64,000 nucleotides of DNA from Candidatus Omnitrophota bacterium (GCA_028717645.1 JAQUNK010000002.1:12897-76896), one strand, 5' to 3'. Shown: positions 16,575-26,093, counted from the first letter of the stretch. Notes: generated by a model from the letters alone, not told the origin. Made by a program: numbers and translations.

Positions 16575-16943
16575 ATGCCCACTGTCTTGATCGCTGAAGA
16601 CGACAATTTGATCGCGGATAATTTAAAGAAGGCACTTTCCCGAAAAGGCGTAGATGTTTCAATCGCGGACAATGGCATTGAAGCGCTGAAGCTCGCCAAA
16701 GAAACCAATCCCCAGGCCCTGCTTTTGGATATAAATTTACCCGGGATGTCGGGCATAAAAGTCCTGGAAGAACTGAATAAGCAGCCTCACTCAACAAAAG
16801 TAATTGTGATTACCGGCACCTTTGACAGCGATACCGAGACGACGGTAAAAAATATGGGCGTCTACGCCTTCTTAAAAAAACCTTTTATGATAGAGGTTTT
16901 GTTTAAACTTCTGGCAGACTTAAAAATAATCAATGAAAGGTAA
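16575..16943 (+). CDS. stand-alone response-regulator receiver (CheY-like REC) protein
   Basis: It has LIAEDD, the phospho-acceptor region LLLDINLPGMSG and a K in the β5 region. Its stop overlaps the start region of the next gene. Confidence 0.8.
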   Translation: MPTVLIAEDDNLIADNLKKALSRKGVDVSIADNGIEALKLAKETNPQALLLDINLPGMSGIKVLEELNKQPHSTKVIVITGTFDSDTETTVKNMGVYAFLKKPFMIEVLFKLLADLKIINER

Positions 16944-16944
16944 A

Positions 16945-18033
16945 ATGAAAGATAATAAGATAGTCTCAAAATTTGCCAGTTCGCCTTCCATAAAAATCAC
17001 TCCCCCTGCTCTAAGCAATATTAATGATCCAGATTCAAAGAAAAGGATTGATGGCTTCTGGAACAAAGACTTTAAAGGGTATTTAGATAAATTAATAAAA
17101 ATATCAGATGCTTTAGATAGAGGAGAACTCGATAAAGAAGAAGCCGTAGCTTCGGTTACAGATATCAGCGAAGCGATTTTCCACGCAGGAGACGAATTAG
17201 AAGCTTTTCTTAATAATAAGGTCATTATTAAAAAGATTAAAAAAGCCTTCAGAGAACTATGCGGGCCATGGGTTTACAGAAGCAAGATCGTTAAACATGC
17301 TTTTGATAAGCCAAGGGGATATCCCGGGGATTCTAAATTAATAGAAATCATCTATGATAATAAGCCTATTTCAGAAAACATAGGTTATTGTTGCGATAAG
17401 TATTTTCTAAACAATGCTTATGCGATTGCTGTTAGGAATCGTAAAGATAGGATGAGGCAGTTGTTGGCCGATTTCATAAATAATTTTCCAACTGATGAGA
17501 TAAAAATTCTTAATATTGCTTGTGGTTCTTGTAGGGAAATTAAAGAATTATACAGCGATAGAAATTTTAGCACAAATAAACGAGTCGATTTTGCTTTAGT
17601 TGATCAAGATAGCGAGGCCTTAGATTTTTGTAGAAATTCCCTTAAGAATTACGCCAAGGTTTCATTCAATTTTTTACAGCATAATATTCTTGAGTATATA
17701 AAAGATAATAACAAGTATTCTAAAATTTTAGGCAAACAAGATATGATTTATAGTATTGGTTTAGCAGATTATCTGCCTGACAGGGTATTAGTAAGTCTGT
17801 TTTCATTTTGTTATAGTTTATTAAAACCTAAAGGCCAATTAATTATCGCGCATAAAGATATCAGCAGGTATAAACCTTTACCACCAGATTGGGCATGCGA
17901 TTGGGCTTTTTATCCGCGTAATCAAAATTATTTGATAAAGATGATAACTGAAAACAGCATCAAGGGTTTCGATCTAAAAGTAGAACGAGAACTCAGCGGC
18001 AGTATTCTATTTTTGATACTAACAAAGGTATAG
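16945..18033 (+). CDS. class I SAM-dependent methyltransferase with ~190-aa N-terminal extension (first gene of the low-GC segment)
   Basis: Motif I is LNIACGSCREI, followed by an acidic residue (VDQD) and motif IV. The ORF track starts at 16933; the ATG at 16945 lies just past the REC stop. Confidence 0.6.
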   Translation: MKDNKIVSKFASSPSIKITPPALSNINDPDSKKRIDGFWNKDFKGYLDKLIKISDALDRGELDKEEAVASVTDISEAIFHAGDELEAFLNNKVIIKKIKKAFRELCGPWVYRSKIVKHAFDKPRGYPGDSKLIEIIYDNKPISENIGYCCDKYFLNNAYAIAVRNRKDRMRQLLADFINNFPTDEIKILNIACGSCREIKELYSDRNFSTNKRVDFALVDQDSEALDFCRNSLKNYAKVSFNFLQHNILEYIKDNNKYSKILGKQDMIYSIGLADYLPDRVLVSLFSFCYSLLKPKGQLIIAHKDISRYKPLPPDWACDWAFYPRNQNYLIKMITENSIKGFDLKVERELSGSILFLILTKV

Positions 18034-18181
18034 CATGACTTTTTTAGATTTTTTAGGTTTAGGAGGCGTTCTTTTTCATGAAGAACAAATATTGAGCGGC
18101 GATGATAAGGGCGCTCGTTGTCTTAATCCTTTAAGTGTCCTTAGAATTAGACCTCATCGAATATATTAGCCAAAATTAAAG

Positions 18182-19099
18182 ATGCAAAAAGAAGATTATA
18201 TTTATACTGATAAAACTGGCTATAAAGTTCATATCGTTTCTCTAGTACCGGATGCACCGAAGAGATTACTTTTAATCCCTCCTTTAGTTGGAGCGACGGG
18301 TACATTAGCTATAAAGACCTTCAGATATTTCTTCCGCGAAGGGTGCATTCTTATGTCTTTCGATTATTGTGGTCATTATAAAGAAATTGATAATAAATTT
18401 ACGCTTAGAGGTACATTTAGTGATACTAAAATAGTTTTGGCTCATGCATTTGAATACGCTAAAAAAATAAATATTCCTTTCCATGTAGTCGGTGCTTGTT
18501 ATGGATTAATCCCTTTAATTTATGTACTAAATGAGTTAAGCTGGCCAATAGAAATAAAATCGATGTTTAGCGTCAGCGGCTTATTAAATATTGATGAAAT
18601 TCTAAATTTCAATGATTACAAAATTTATTTAGAAAAAAAGAACTTATTTTTCAAGAATAAAGAAGATTTCATTAATTTTATATTCACTAATAAAAAAGAT
18701 TTCATCATTGATAAGCAAAAATACATGGATGCGTTAACGGAATACCTTTTAAAGGTATTCGCTGAATTAGCCGATACTATATCTTATAAAAGCTTTGGAG
18801 TATTGGAATATGCAAAAACGCAGTTTTATGAAACTTTCTATGAATTTACGACCATTAATTTACCAGAAATTAAAATTCCGAGACAACTTCCTTGTCTATT
18901 TTTTCTTGGAAAACAAGACACAATTCTTAACCTTCAGTTAAAAGAAAGTAACGCCGAATATTTGAGAAAAATAAACAGGATTGCTCCGCATGCAAAACTT
19001 TGCAATATTAAAATAGATCATTTTGGGAGAGGAGAGGATCATTATATTATAGGCAAAGAGGGGATGAAGTTCTTGATTGCTAACGATGGGAGAGCATGA
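18182..19099 (+). CDS. alpha/beta-hydrolase-fold-like protein with Cys in the nucleophile elbow (GxCxG)
   Basis: It has an HVVGACYG elbow, an upstream IPPLVGATG oxyanion-type loop, and downstream GKQD (acid) and IDHFG (His) candidates in the canonical order. Confidence 0.4.
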   Translation: MQKEDYIYTDKTGYKVHIVSLVPDAPKRLLLIPPLVGATGTLAIKTFRYFFREGCILMSFDYCGHYKEIDNKFTLRGTFSDTKIVLAHAFEYAKKINIPFHVVGACYGLIPLIYVLNELSWPIEIKSMFSVSGLLNIDEILNFNDYKIYLEKKNLFFKNKEDFINFIFTNKKDFIIDKQKYMDALTEYLLKVFAELADTISYKSFGVLEYAKTQFYETFYEFTTINLPEIKIPRQLPCLFFLGKQDTILNLQLKESNAEYLRKINRIAPHAKLCNIKIDHFGRGEDHYIIGKEGMKFLIANDGRA

Positions 19100-20007
19100 T
19101 TAAAACCATAGTCTGCCAAAAAAATAGAGTTTTATTAGATAGTTTAGAAGTAAAACGATGGCCATATTATTTGATTCTGCCTTTATCATGGTTAGTAGCT
19201 TTATGGATGTTCATTAAAAAGACCGTTAACGCTGCGTTTAATAGAAAACAGGAAACCGAGCTACTGATATTCGATGGAATAGGGAAATACGGTAAAATCA
19301 TAAAGAAACATGTAGCAGGATGGAAGGCCGTAGACCTTATTTATAATCATTGTTTTGGCGAAGATCGAAGCCTAGGCGGTCTATTGGATGACTTTTGGTT
19401 TGGTTGTTTGAATTGTCAAGCTGCCCGCAATCGATTTAAATTAGCGAAAAGAGAACTAGAACACACAATCCTTGGATTAAGAAACCAGAAAGAAGTGAGA
19501 ATTATTTCATTAGCTTCTGGTACTGGGCAGATTGAAAGCGAAACAATAGCGAAAATCAAAAAGCTGGGCATTAATACTAAAATTATTTTAATCGATAAAG
19601 AAAATGAGGCGCTAAAGCGTGCTATAGAGTTTATTTCCGCCAATGGTGTACAAAAAGAAACGGAAATTATGCATTGTGATGCTACTCGCGCGCTAGAGGC
19701 GACAAAAGATTTTAAGCCACATATAATCACGGCAATTGCTTTGTTAGATTACTTTACTGAAAAAGAGATAATTGGATTTATTTCTAAAATATACCATGTT
19801 CTTTCTCCGGGCGGATTTTTTATTGCTTCAAATACTATGCCGAATGTGGAAATGCCATTTGTAAAGTGGGTTGTCGGCTGGCCACTGGTTTATAGGAAAT
19901 CAAAAGATTTAGCAGATATATTCGAGAAAAGCGGTTTCAGCCAGTACGAAATAATTAGTGAACCATTACATATCCAAAATATCATAGTTGCTAAAAGGTT
20001 TAACTAA
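19096..20007 (+). CDS. class I SAM-dependent methyltransferase with an N-terminal hydrophobic helix
   Basis: Motif I is ISLASGTGQ, with an acidic ILIDKEN and a post-I CDATRALE. It overlaps the previous gene by 4 bp. Confidence 0.6.
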   Translation: MIKTIVCQKNRVLLDSLEVKRWPYYLILPLSWLVALWMFIKKTVNAAFNRKQETELLIFDGIGKYGKIIKKHVAGWKAVDLIYNHCFGEDRSLGGLLDDFWFGCLNCQAARNRFKLAKRELEHTILGLRNQKEVRIISLASGTGQIESETIAKIKKLGINTKIILIDKENEALKRAIEFISANGVQKETEIMHCDATRALEATKDFKPHIITAIALLDYFTEKEIIGFISKIYHVLSPGGFFIASNTMPNVEMPFVKWVVGWPLVYRKSKDLADIFEKSGFSQYEIISEPLHIQNIIVAKRFN

Positions 20008-22165
20008 AATGGGATTTCTCTATATCAATTTTGTTGTTGTTTTATGGGTTACTGCAATAACTACTTTGTTACTTGGGGCGTTTGTTTTGATAAGGAATTA
20101 CCAGCATATCGTTAACAAGACATTCGCCTTTTATTCTTTTAGCATTTCTTGGTGGAGTTTTTGCGAGATTTGGGGAATAGCTTGTGATAAGAAATCGACT
20201 GCACTTACTTGGACGCGCATAGAGCAAATTGGCGTATTTTTTATTCCCACTTTTTGTATCCATTTTGTAATTTCATTATTGAATATCAAAAATAAAAAAT
20301 GGCTGCTTCAAATTGCTTATTTTTTTAGTACTATATTCGCGATTCTATCTTTTACCCCCCTTATGATGGCTGATTCTGTTAAAACTGTGCCATATGTAAA
20401 GTACTTTGGCACGCCAGGGTTGGCTTACCATTTTGCTATTTTGTTTTTTATTATTTTATGCGGTTACGTTCTAATTAAATTATACAGTGCTTATAAGTCA
20501 TCTAGCGGAGCTAGAAGAAATCAACTTAAATATCTTTTTTGGAGTTCATTGTTTGGCTATTTCGGTGGGGGCGCCAACTTTCTTTTAGTTTATGGCATAA
20601 GCTTGCCTTTCATTAATCCTTTTGGCACCTATGCGTTACCAATCTATATTGCTGTTATGGCCTACGCTATTCTCAAACATCATCTCATGGATATTGAGGC
20701 TGCCCTTACTCGTGCATTTATTCTGACAGCAGTATATGTTTGTGTAATTGGGGCTACTTTAATTGTCGCTTCCGCTCTGCAGGTTCCCCTACAAAATGTC
20801 GTCAACAATTTATCAATGTTTATTACTTTAAGTATTTTTGTAATTTTATCACTTTCCGCTCCATACACATATCTTTACTTCCAGCAACGCTATGATGAAA
20901 AACGCCTGACTGCACAGCGCGAACAATTCAGCGCTCTGAAACAGATTACTCAAGGAAGCTTGGAAATAGAAGACTTGAGCCATCTTTTGAAAGTCATTCC
21001 GCACTTTCTGATGCAAATGTATCAGGCAAAACTCAAGACCAAAATCTCTCAGACAGCAGTATATTTCTATGACGCTACCACCAAACTATATATTATGGTG
21101 GCGCATAGGGGCAGTCAAAAACCTTCTAAGGCCTATCTTACGACAGACGATGCCTTAATTTTTTGGTTTACCAAAAAAGTGCCCTACTTGGTCCAGAAGG
21201 GATATTATAAAGAAAAAGAACTCCAGGCGCTACGTAATGAAGATATAGATTTCTTGCTGTCGCAATCTTCCTTACTGAGTCACGAGCAGGGCCTAAAAAA
21301 TCTGCTGGAATCCATTAGACTGGAGTTAGCCCAGTTAAAAGCGCATATTTGTGTTCCTTGTTTTTACCAGAAAGAATGCACCGGGATTTTAATTCTAGGC
21401 GAGAAAACTAAAGGTTCTTACAATCAGGAGGAAATTGATGCTCTGAGCACGGTTTCTAACCATATTGCGATGAGTATTCGTAGCGCTCAATTGCGTCAAG
21501 ATTTGACGGCAAGTTATCTTGAAGCCATTACCAGTATTGCCAAATCCTTGGAAGCCAGAGATCCCTATACCAAGGGTCATTCAGAAAGGGTAGCCTTATA
21601 CAGCTTAGCTATCGCCGCAGAGCTTCAAGGTAAACCTCCGTATAATCAGATAGTTGATTTTCAGGTAAAGATTCAGCAGGCTGCGCTTTTACATGATGTG
21701 GGTAAGATCGGTATCCGTGACGATATACTTTTAAAACCAGGCGGTTTGAATCCGGAAGAAGTTGAAGTTATTAGGCAACATCCGCAGATAGGCGAGCATA
21801 TCTTAAGCGGATTAAAAGGGATTTCGCGCGACGTACTTTTGGGTATTAGATATCATCATGAAAAATATGACGGAAGCGGTACTACAGAAATAAAAGGTGA
21901 GCAGATTCCGCCGATTGCTCGTATACTTGCCGTTGCTGATACTTATGATGCGATGACTACTGACCGGCCTTATCGCAAGGGTCTTTCCGACCGAGAAGCG
22001 TTAAAAGAAATCATCAAAAATACCTATTACCAGGGCCCGCAATGGGACCCCAAGGTGGTCGAGGCAATGCTTGAGGCATTTAAAAAAGGCATATTCAAGC
22101 AAGGTGTCTCCATTACGCAGGAAGAAATAGAGCAAATAAAAAGAGAAATAGAAGTTCGCCCATAA
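19988..22165 (+). CDS. polytopic membrane (8-9 TM) GAF-domain HD-GYP-like phosphohydrolase signalling protein (GYP degenerated to GTT)
   Basis: The first ~290 aa are hydrophobic helices and the central region is GAF-like. The C-terminus has LLHDVGKIG…IRYHHEKYDGSGTT…DTYDAMTTDRPYRKG. Confidence 0.7.
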   Translation: MLKGLTKMGFLYINFVVVLWVTAITTLLLGAFVLIRNYQHIVNKTFAFYSFSISWWSFCEIWGIACDKKSTALTWTRIEQIGVFFIPTFCIHFVISLLNIKNKKWLLQIAYFFSTIFAILSFTPLMMADSVKTVPYVKYFGTPGLAYHFAILFFIILCGYVLIKLYSAYKSSSGARRNQLKYLFWSSLFGYFGGGANFLLVYGISLPFINPFGTYALPIYIAVMAYAILKHHLMDIEAALTRAFILTAVYVCVIGATLIVASALQVPLQNVVNNLSMFITLSIFVILSLSAPYTYLYFQQRYDEKRLTAQREQFSALKQITQGSLEIEDLSHLLKVIPHFLMQMYQAKLKTKISQTAVYFYDATTKLYIMVAHRGSQKPSKAYLTTDDALIFWFTKKVPYLVQKGYYKEKELQALRNEDIDFLLSQSSLLSHEQGLKNLLESIRLELAQLKAHICVPCFYQKECTGILILGEKTKGSYNQEEIDALSTVSNHIAMSIRSAQLRQDLTASYLEAITSIAKSLEARDPYTKGHSERVALYSLAIAAELQGKPPYNQIVDFQVKIQQAALLHDVGKIGIRDDILLKPGGLNPEEVEVIRQHPQIGEHILSGLKGISRDVLLGIRYHHEKYDGSGTTEIKGEQIPPIARILAVADTYDAMTTDRPYRKGLSDREALKEIIKNTYYQGPQWDPKVVEAMLEAFKKGIFKQGVSITQEEIEQIKREIEVRP

Positions 22166-22223
22166 ACCCTTTTAACGCACATCCTATATAGTTTGTATCC
22201 CCTTAAATAAAGCATAGAATATA

Positions 22224-23453
22224 ATGGAAATTTACGATGCAGTAATTATAGGCGCAGGGCCAAGTGGGATAATTTGCGCGGGTCGTGCCGCAGAACGCGG
22301 ACGAAAAGTTCTCTTATTGGAAAAAAAATCTTCGCTGGCTAAGAAATTGCTTATTTCTGGCAAAGGGCGTTGTAATTTGACTAACGCAGGCAATATAGAC
22401 AAATTCTTAACAGAGTTTTCCCCAAGTGGGATCTTTTTACGCAATGTCTTTAACAGGTTTTTTAATAAAGAATTGTGCAATCTTTTTGAAAAATTAGGGG
22501 TAGTCTTAAAAACAGAACGCGGCGGCCGTATTTTCCCGCGTTCGGACAAGGCGGGAGATATTTTAGGTGCCTTAGAAAAATACCTCAAGATTAATCACGT
22601 TTCGGTTAAGACAGGCGAAGAGGTAGAGAATATAGTTACCAGCGGTGCATCCATTGAGGTTTTAACTTCACGCGCAAAATATTACGCCAAAAAAATGGTT
22701 ATCGCCACCGGCGGGTTATCTTATCCAGAAACAGGTTGTACCGGATTTGGCTTTAAGTTGGCAGAGAAATTAGGGCATAAGATTATAGAGCCACGGCCCG
22801 GGTTGGTAGGTTTAGTTGTTAAAGAAGATGCTGCTAAGAAATTACAAGGTTTGTCTTTGGAAAATGTAGAAGTAACGCTACTTGCCCAAGGGAAAATTTA
22901 TGAAAAAATATTCGGAGATATGCTCTTCACGCATTACGGTATAAGCGGCCCGATTGTTTTGGATTTAAGTAATAAGGTATGTGACCTCATTAAAGAAGGA
23001 AAAGAAACTTGTGTTTCCATTAATCTCAAGCCGGCGTTGAATTTCCAAAAACTGGACAGCCGGCTTTTAAGGGAGTTTAGCGCCAGCCCTAATAAAACCG
23101 TAAAAAATATATTCGTGACACTCCTGCCGCAGAGGCTTATAATAGAATTCTTAAAACGCTCTGGCGTAGACGCTAATTTAAAGGCCAATCAGGTAAGTAA
23201 AGAAACGCGCAGGGAACTGGTTAAAAATCTTTTTGATTTTAGGTTCCATATCAGTAAGGTCCGGCCTATTGAAGAAGCTATTGTTACCCGCGGCGGCGTG
23301 AATACAAAGGAAATTAATCCCAAAACTATGGAATCGCGCCTAGTAAAGAACCTTTATTTTTGCGGCGAGGTAATTGATGTAGATGCCAAGACTGGTGGAT
23401 ACAATATGCAGGCGGCATTTTCGACAGGGTATGTGTGTGGAGAAAACCTATGA
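22224..23453 (+). CDS. HI0933/BaiN-family FAD-dependent flavoprotein (aminoacetone-oxidase-like)
   Basis: DAVIIGAGPSGI Rossmann motif and the GKGRCNLTN family signature. Confidence 0.7.
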   Translation: MEIYDAVIIGAGPSGIICAGRAAERGRKVLLLEKKSSLAKKLLISGKGRCNLTNAGNIDKFLTEFSPSGIFLRNVFNRFFNKELCNLFEKLGVVLKTERGGRIFPRSDKAGDILGALEKYLKINHVSVKTGEEVENIVTSGASIEVLTSRAKYYAKKMVIATGGLSYPETGCTGFGFKLAEKLGHKIIEPRPGLVGLVVKEDAAKKLQGLSLENVEVTLLAQGKIYEKIFGDMLFTHYGISGPIVLDLSNKVCDLIKEGKETCVSINLKPALNFQKLDSRLLREFSASPNKTVKNIFVTLLPQRLIIEFLKRSGVDANLKANQVSKETRRELVKNLFDFRFHISKVRPIEEAIVTRGGVNTKEINPKTMESRLVKNLYFCGEVIDVDAKTGGYNMQAAFSTGYVCGENL

Positions 23454-24040
23454 AATTGATCCTCGCTTCAGCATCTAAAAGGCGTGCCGAAATACTTAGA
23501 TCCTGCGGCATAAAATTTGAAGCTATGCCCAGCCGGATAAAAGAAAAATTCCATCACCGCTTGCATCCTAAAGAGCTGGTCCTGCATAATGCGAGAATCA
23601 AAGCGAAGGCAATCGCCCAAAAATCAAAACGCGGAATAATTTTAGGATGTGATACGCTGGTGCTATTTAAATCACGGCCTATAGGTAAACCAAAGAATAA
23701 AGAAGAAGCAGCAAAAATCTTAAAAAATTTTAGTGGCAATAAATTATTTGTTTATACCGGGATGTATTTATTGGATCTGGGAAGAAAGAAACAAAGCAGC
23801 GCGGTAGCCAAGACAGAATTAAAAGTAAAAAAGATCGTCGGGGATGAATTAAACAGGTACTTGTCTTTATTGGGGCCGTATGATAAGGCAGGAGGTTTTT
23901 CCATCGAAGGTGTCGGTTCTATGCTTTTTGACGAATTGAAAGGTTCTTATTTTAATGTCCTGGGCCTACCAATGAATACGCTGGCTGAACTTTTTAAAAA
24001 GTTAGACCTGAATATATTGGATTTCATTAATAAAAAATGA
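23450..24040 (+). CDS. maf: Maf-like nucleoside-triphosphate pyrophosphatase
   Basis: MKLILASASKRRAEIL… is the Maf N-terminus. The ORF track starts at 23435, but the ATG at 23450 matches the family start and an SD (GGAG). Confidence 0.75.
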   Translation: MKLILASASKRRAEILRSCGIKFEAMPSRIKEKFHHRLHPKELVLHNARIKAKAIAQKSKRGIILGCDTLVLFKSRPIGKPKNKEEAAKILKNFSGNKLFVYTGMYLLDLGRKKQSSAVAKTELKVKKIVGDELNRYLSLLGPYDKAGGFSIEGVGSMLFDELKGSYFNVLGLPMNTLAELFKKLDLNILDFINKK

Positions 24041-25068
24041 AAAAAAGATATTTTCTGATACCGGCGATAATCGTAATCCTGGTTTTGTTTATACTTTATA
24101 AAGAGAAACTTGTTTTTAAGATTGCCCGCGCCAACCTTAAAAAAACCCTGCCAATCAGTAAACTGGAGATAAAACGCATAGAATTCAACCCTTTTACTCA
24201 TCTTTTATTGGAAGGCGTGAGCATCAAGTCGCCGTTACAGAAATATTCTATATACTTAGCCAGTGTCAGGGCGGACTATACCCTATTTTCAATATTAAGG
24301 AGCACTGTAAATAAAGTAGAATTAATTGGTATAAATGTGTCTATTGAAGATAATGTCAAAGTTAATCCCGCAAAGCCTATTTTAAACGTAAAAGAAATCC
24401 GCGCTTCAGGCTTTGTAAAATTTAGAGACGTGGAGATTAAAAATTTTAAGGCCCAAATTTTTCAGCAGGAATTCAGCCGACCGCATTTAAAGGGAAGCTT
24501 GAGCGCCGAGGCGGTAAATATGAAAAAAGTAAAATTGGCTAATCTTAACGCAGCGATAGATGTCACGCCAGAGTCTCTTAGTGTCCCGGAATTTGATTTA
24601 ACCGCATTTAAAGGAGAGATTAAGGGTAAGGCGCTGGCAAAAATTTCAAAACCAGCGATAAATTTTTCGGTTGACCTAAAGGGTAAGAATGTAGACTTAG
24701 CACAGATGGATGAGGATTTAGAACTAAAGGAAAAAGTCGAAATCAGCGGCTTATGCGATTTTTCTCTACTGGTCAAGGGTAATGAGGGCGGGTTGACCGA
24801 TCTTAGCGGCGGCCTGGATACGCATGAAGGAGGCGGTAAATTTATCATTACCGATAAGCAGGCTCTAAGTAACCTTAATTATGCGCAGGGAGTATCTTTT
24901 GATGCGGCCCTTGAAAGTTTAAAAAATTACCGGTATGATGAAGGTAACGCCAAAGTGTATATTGAAGACGGAAACATTGTTTTGCATATGCTTATGGACG
25001 GCGAACTCGGTAAAAGAGACCTGATGGTGGTTTATCATGGCAGCCTGAAATTTAACCAAAAATTCTAA
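24037..25068 (+). CDS. membrane-anchored hypothetical protein (N-terminal TM; possibly AsmA-like/DUF748-type beta-rich domain)
   Basis: Single N-terminal helix followed by a long beta-strand-rich periplasmic-type sequence; the assignment is weak. Confidence 0.3.
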   Translation: MKKRYFLIPAIIVILVLFILYKEKLVFKIARANLKKTLPISKLEIKRIEFNPFTHLLLEGVSIKSPLQKYSIYLASVRADYTLFSILRSTVNKVELIGINVSIEDNVKVNPAKPILNVKEIRASGFVKFRDVEIKNFKAQIFQQEFSRPHLKGSLSAEAVNMKKVKLANLNAAIDVTPESLSVPEFDLTAFKGEIKGKALAKISKPAINFSVDLKGKNVDLAQMDEDLELKEKVEISGLCDFSLLVKGNEGGLTDLSGGLDTHEGGGKFIITDKQALSNLNYAQGVSFDAALESLKNYRYDEGNAKVYIEDGNIVLHMLMDGELGKRDLMVVYHGSLKFNQKF

Positions 25069-26081
25069 TGGAAAAATTAAAAGAGGCGATTCTTTGGGAT
25101 AAACAAGAGGGCGGGGAGGTATCTTGTCATTTATGTTGCCATCGTTGTAAAATCAGCGAGGGCCAATATGGTATCTGTGGCGTGCGCCAGAATATCAACG
25201 GCACGCTTTTTACCCGCGTCTATGGCAAGGTTATTGCCACTAATATCGACCCCATAGAAAAAAAACCGATCTTTCATATGTTGCCTGGTTCTGCGTCTTA
25301 TTCTATTGCTACTATCGGCTGCAATTTCCGTTGTGATTTTTGCCAGAATTGGCAGATTTCGCAAGTAAAAGAGGCGATAGAACTTACGAGCGTGGAAATG
25401 ACGCCCGAAGATATAGTGGGAAAGGCCAAGTTAAACGACTGCCCGAGCATTTCTTATACTTACACAGAGCCGACAATTTATTTTGAATTCGCACTAGATG
25501 TAATGAAGCTGGCTAAAAAAGAAAATATATATAATATATTTGTGACCAACGGCTTTATGACACCCGAATGCCTTGAGGTAGCTAAGCCGTATTTAAATGC
25601 GGCCAATGTGGACCTAAAATCTTTTAGCGACGAATTCTACCACAAGGTCTGCGGTGGCCGTCTAGATTCGGTGCTGGAATCGATTATGTTGATGCGTAAA
25701 CTAAACATTTGGGTTGAGATCACTACTTTGGTTATACCCGGGCTCAATGATTCTAGATCTGAACTTGAAAAAATCGCATTCTTTATCGCCGGAGTGGATA
25801 AGAATATGCCATGGCACATTTCCCGTTTCCATCCGGATTATAAAATGGCCGGCCGCAATGCCACGGGAAAGACAAAATTGGATGAGGCGTTTAAAATAGG
25901 TAAAGACGCAGGGTTACGCTATGTTTATCTTGGAAATGTGCCTGAAGAAGAAAATACCTATTGTTATAATTGCAATGAGCTCTTGATCCGCAGGGCTGGT
26001 TTTAGGGTGCTGGAAAATAAATTAAAAAATGCCGCGTGCCCGAAATGCAGTAGTGCTATCGATGGGCTGTGGATTAATTAA
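25068..26081 (+). CDS. amrS: AmmeMemoRadiSam-system radical SAM enzyme (AmrS-like; PFL-activase-related)
   Basis: N-terminal CHLCCHRCKISEGQYGICGVRQN, the hallmark IGCNFRCDFCQNWQIS and a C-terminal CxxC pair. Confidence 0.8.
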   Translation: MEKLKEAILWDKQEGGEVSCHLCCHRCKISEGQYGICGVRQNINGTLFTRVYGKVIATNIDPIEKKPIFHMLPGSASYSIATIGCNFRCDFCQNWQISQVKEAIELTSVEMTPEDIVGKAKLNDCPSISYTYTEPTIYFEFALDVMKLAKKENIYNIFVTNGFMTPECLEVAKPYLNAANVDLKSFSDEFYHKVCGGRLDSVLESIMLMRKLNIWVEITTLVIPGLNDSRSELEKIAFFIAGVDKNMPWHISRFHPDYKMAGRNATGKTKLDEAFKIGKDAGLRYVYLGNVPEEENTYCYNCNELLIRRAGFRVLENKLKNAACPKCSSAIDGLWIN

Positions 26082-26093
26082 AAGGAGGAAGGG

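Noticed and set aside
16900-22224. Looked for mobile-element hallmarks (integrase, transposase, flanking direct repeats, tRNA target) around the low-GC segment.
   Set aside because: None found. The segment is embedded in an operon with native-composition genes, so it is reported as a compositional island but not called a mobile element.
22205-22226. A TATAAT overlapping the ATG of the flavoprotein gene, as a leaderless promoter.
   Set aside because: The hexamer overlaps the start codon itself, so it cannot serve as a -10 for a transcript that includes the ATG. It is probably coincidental.
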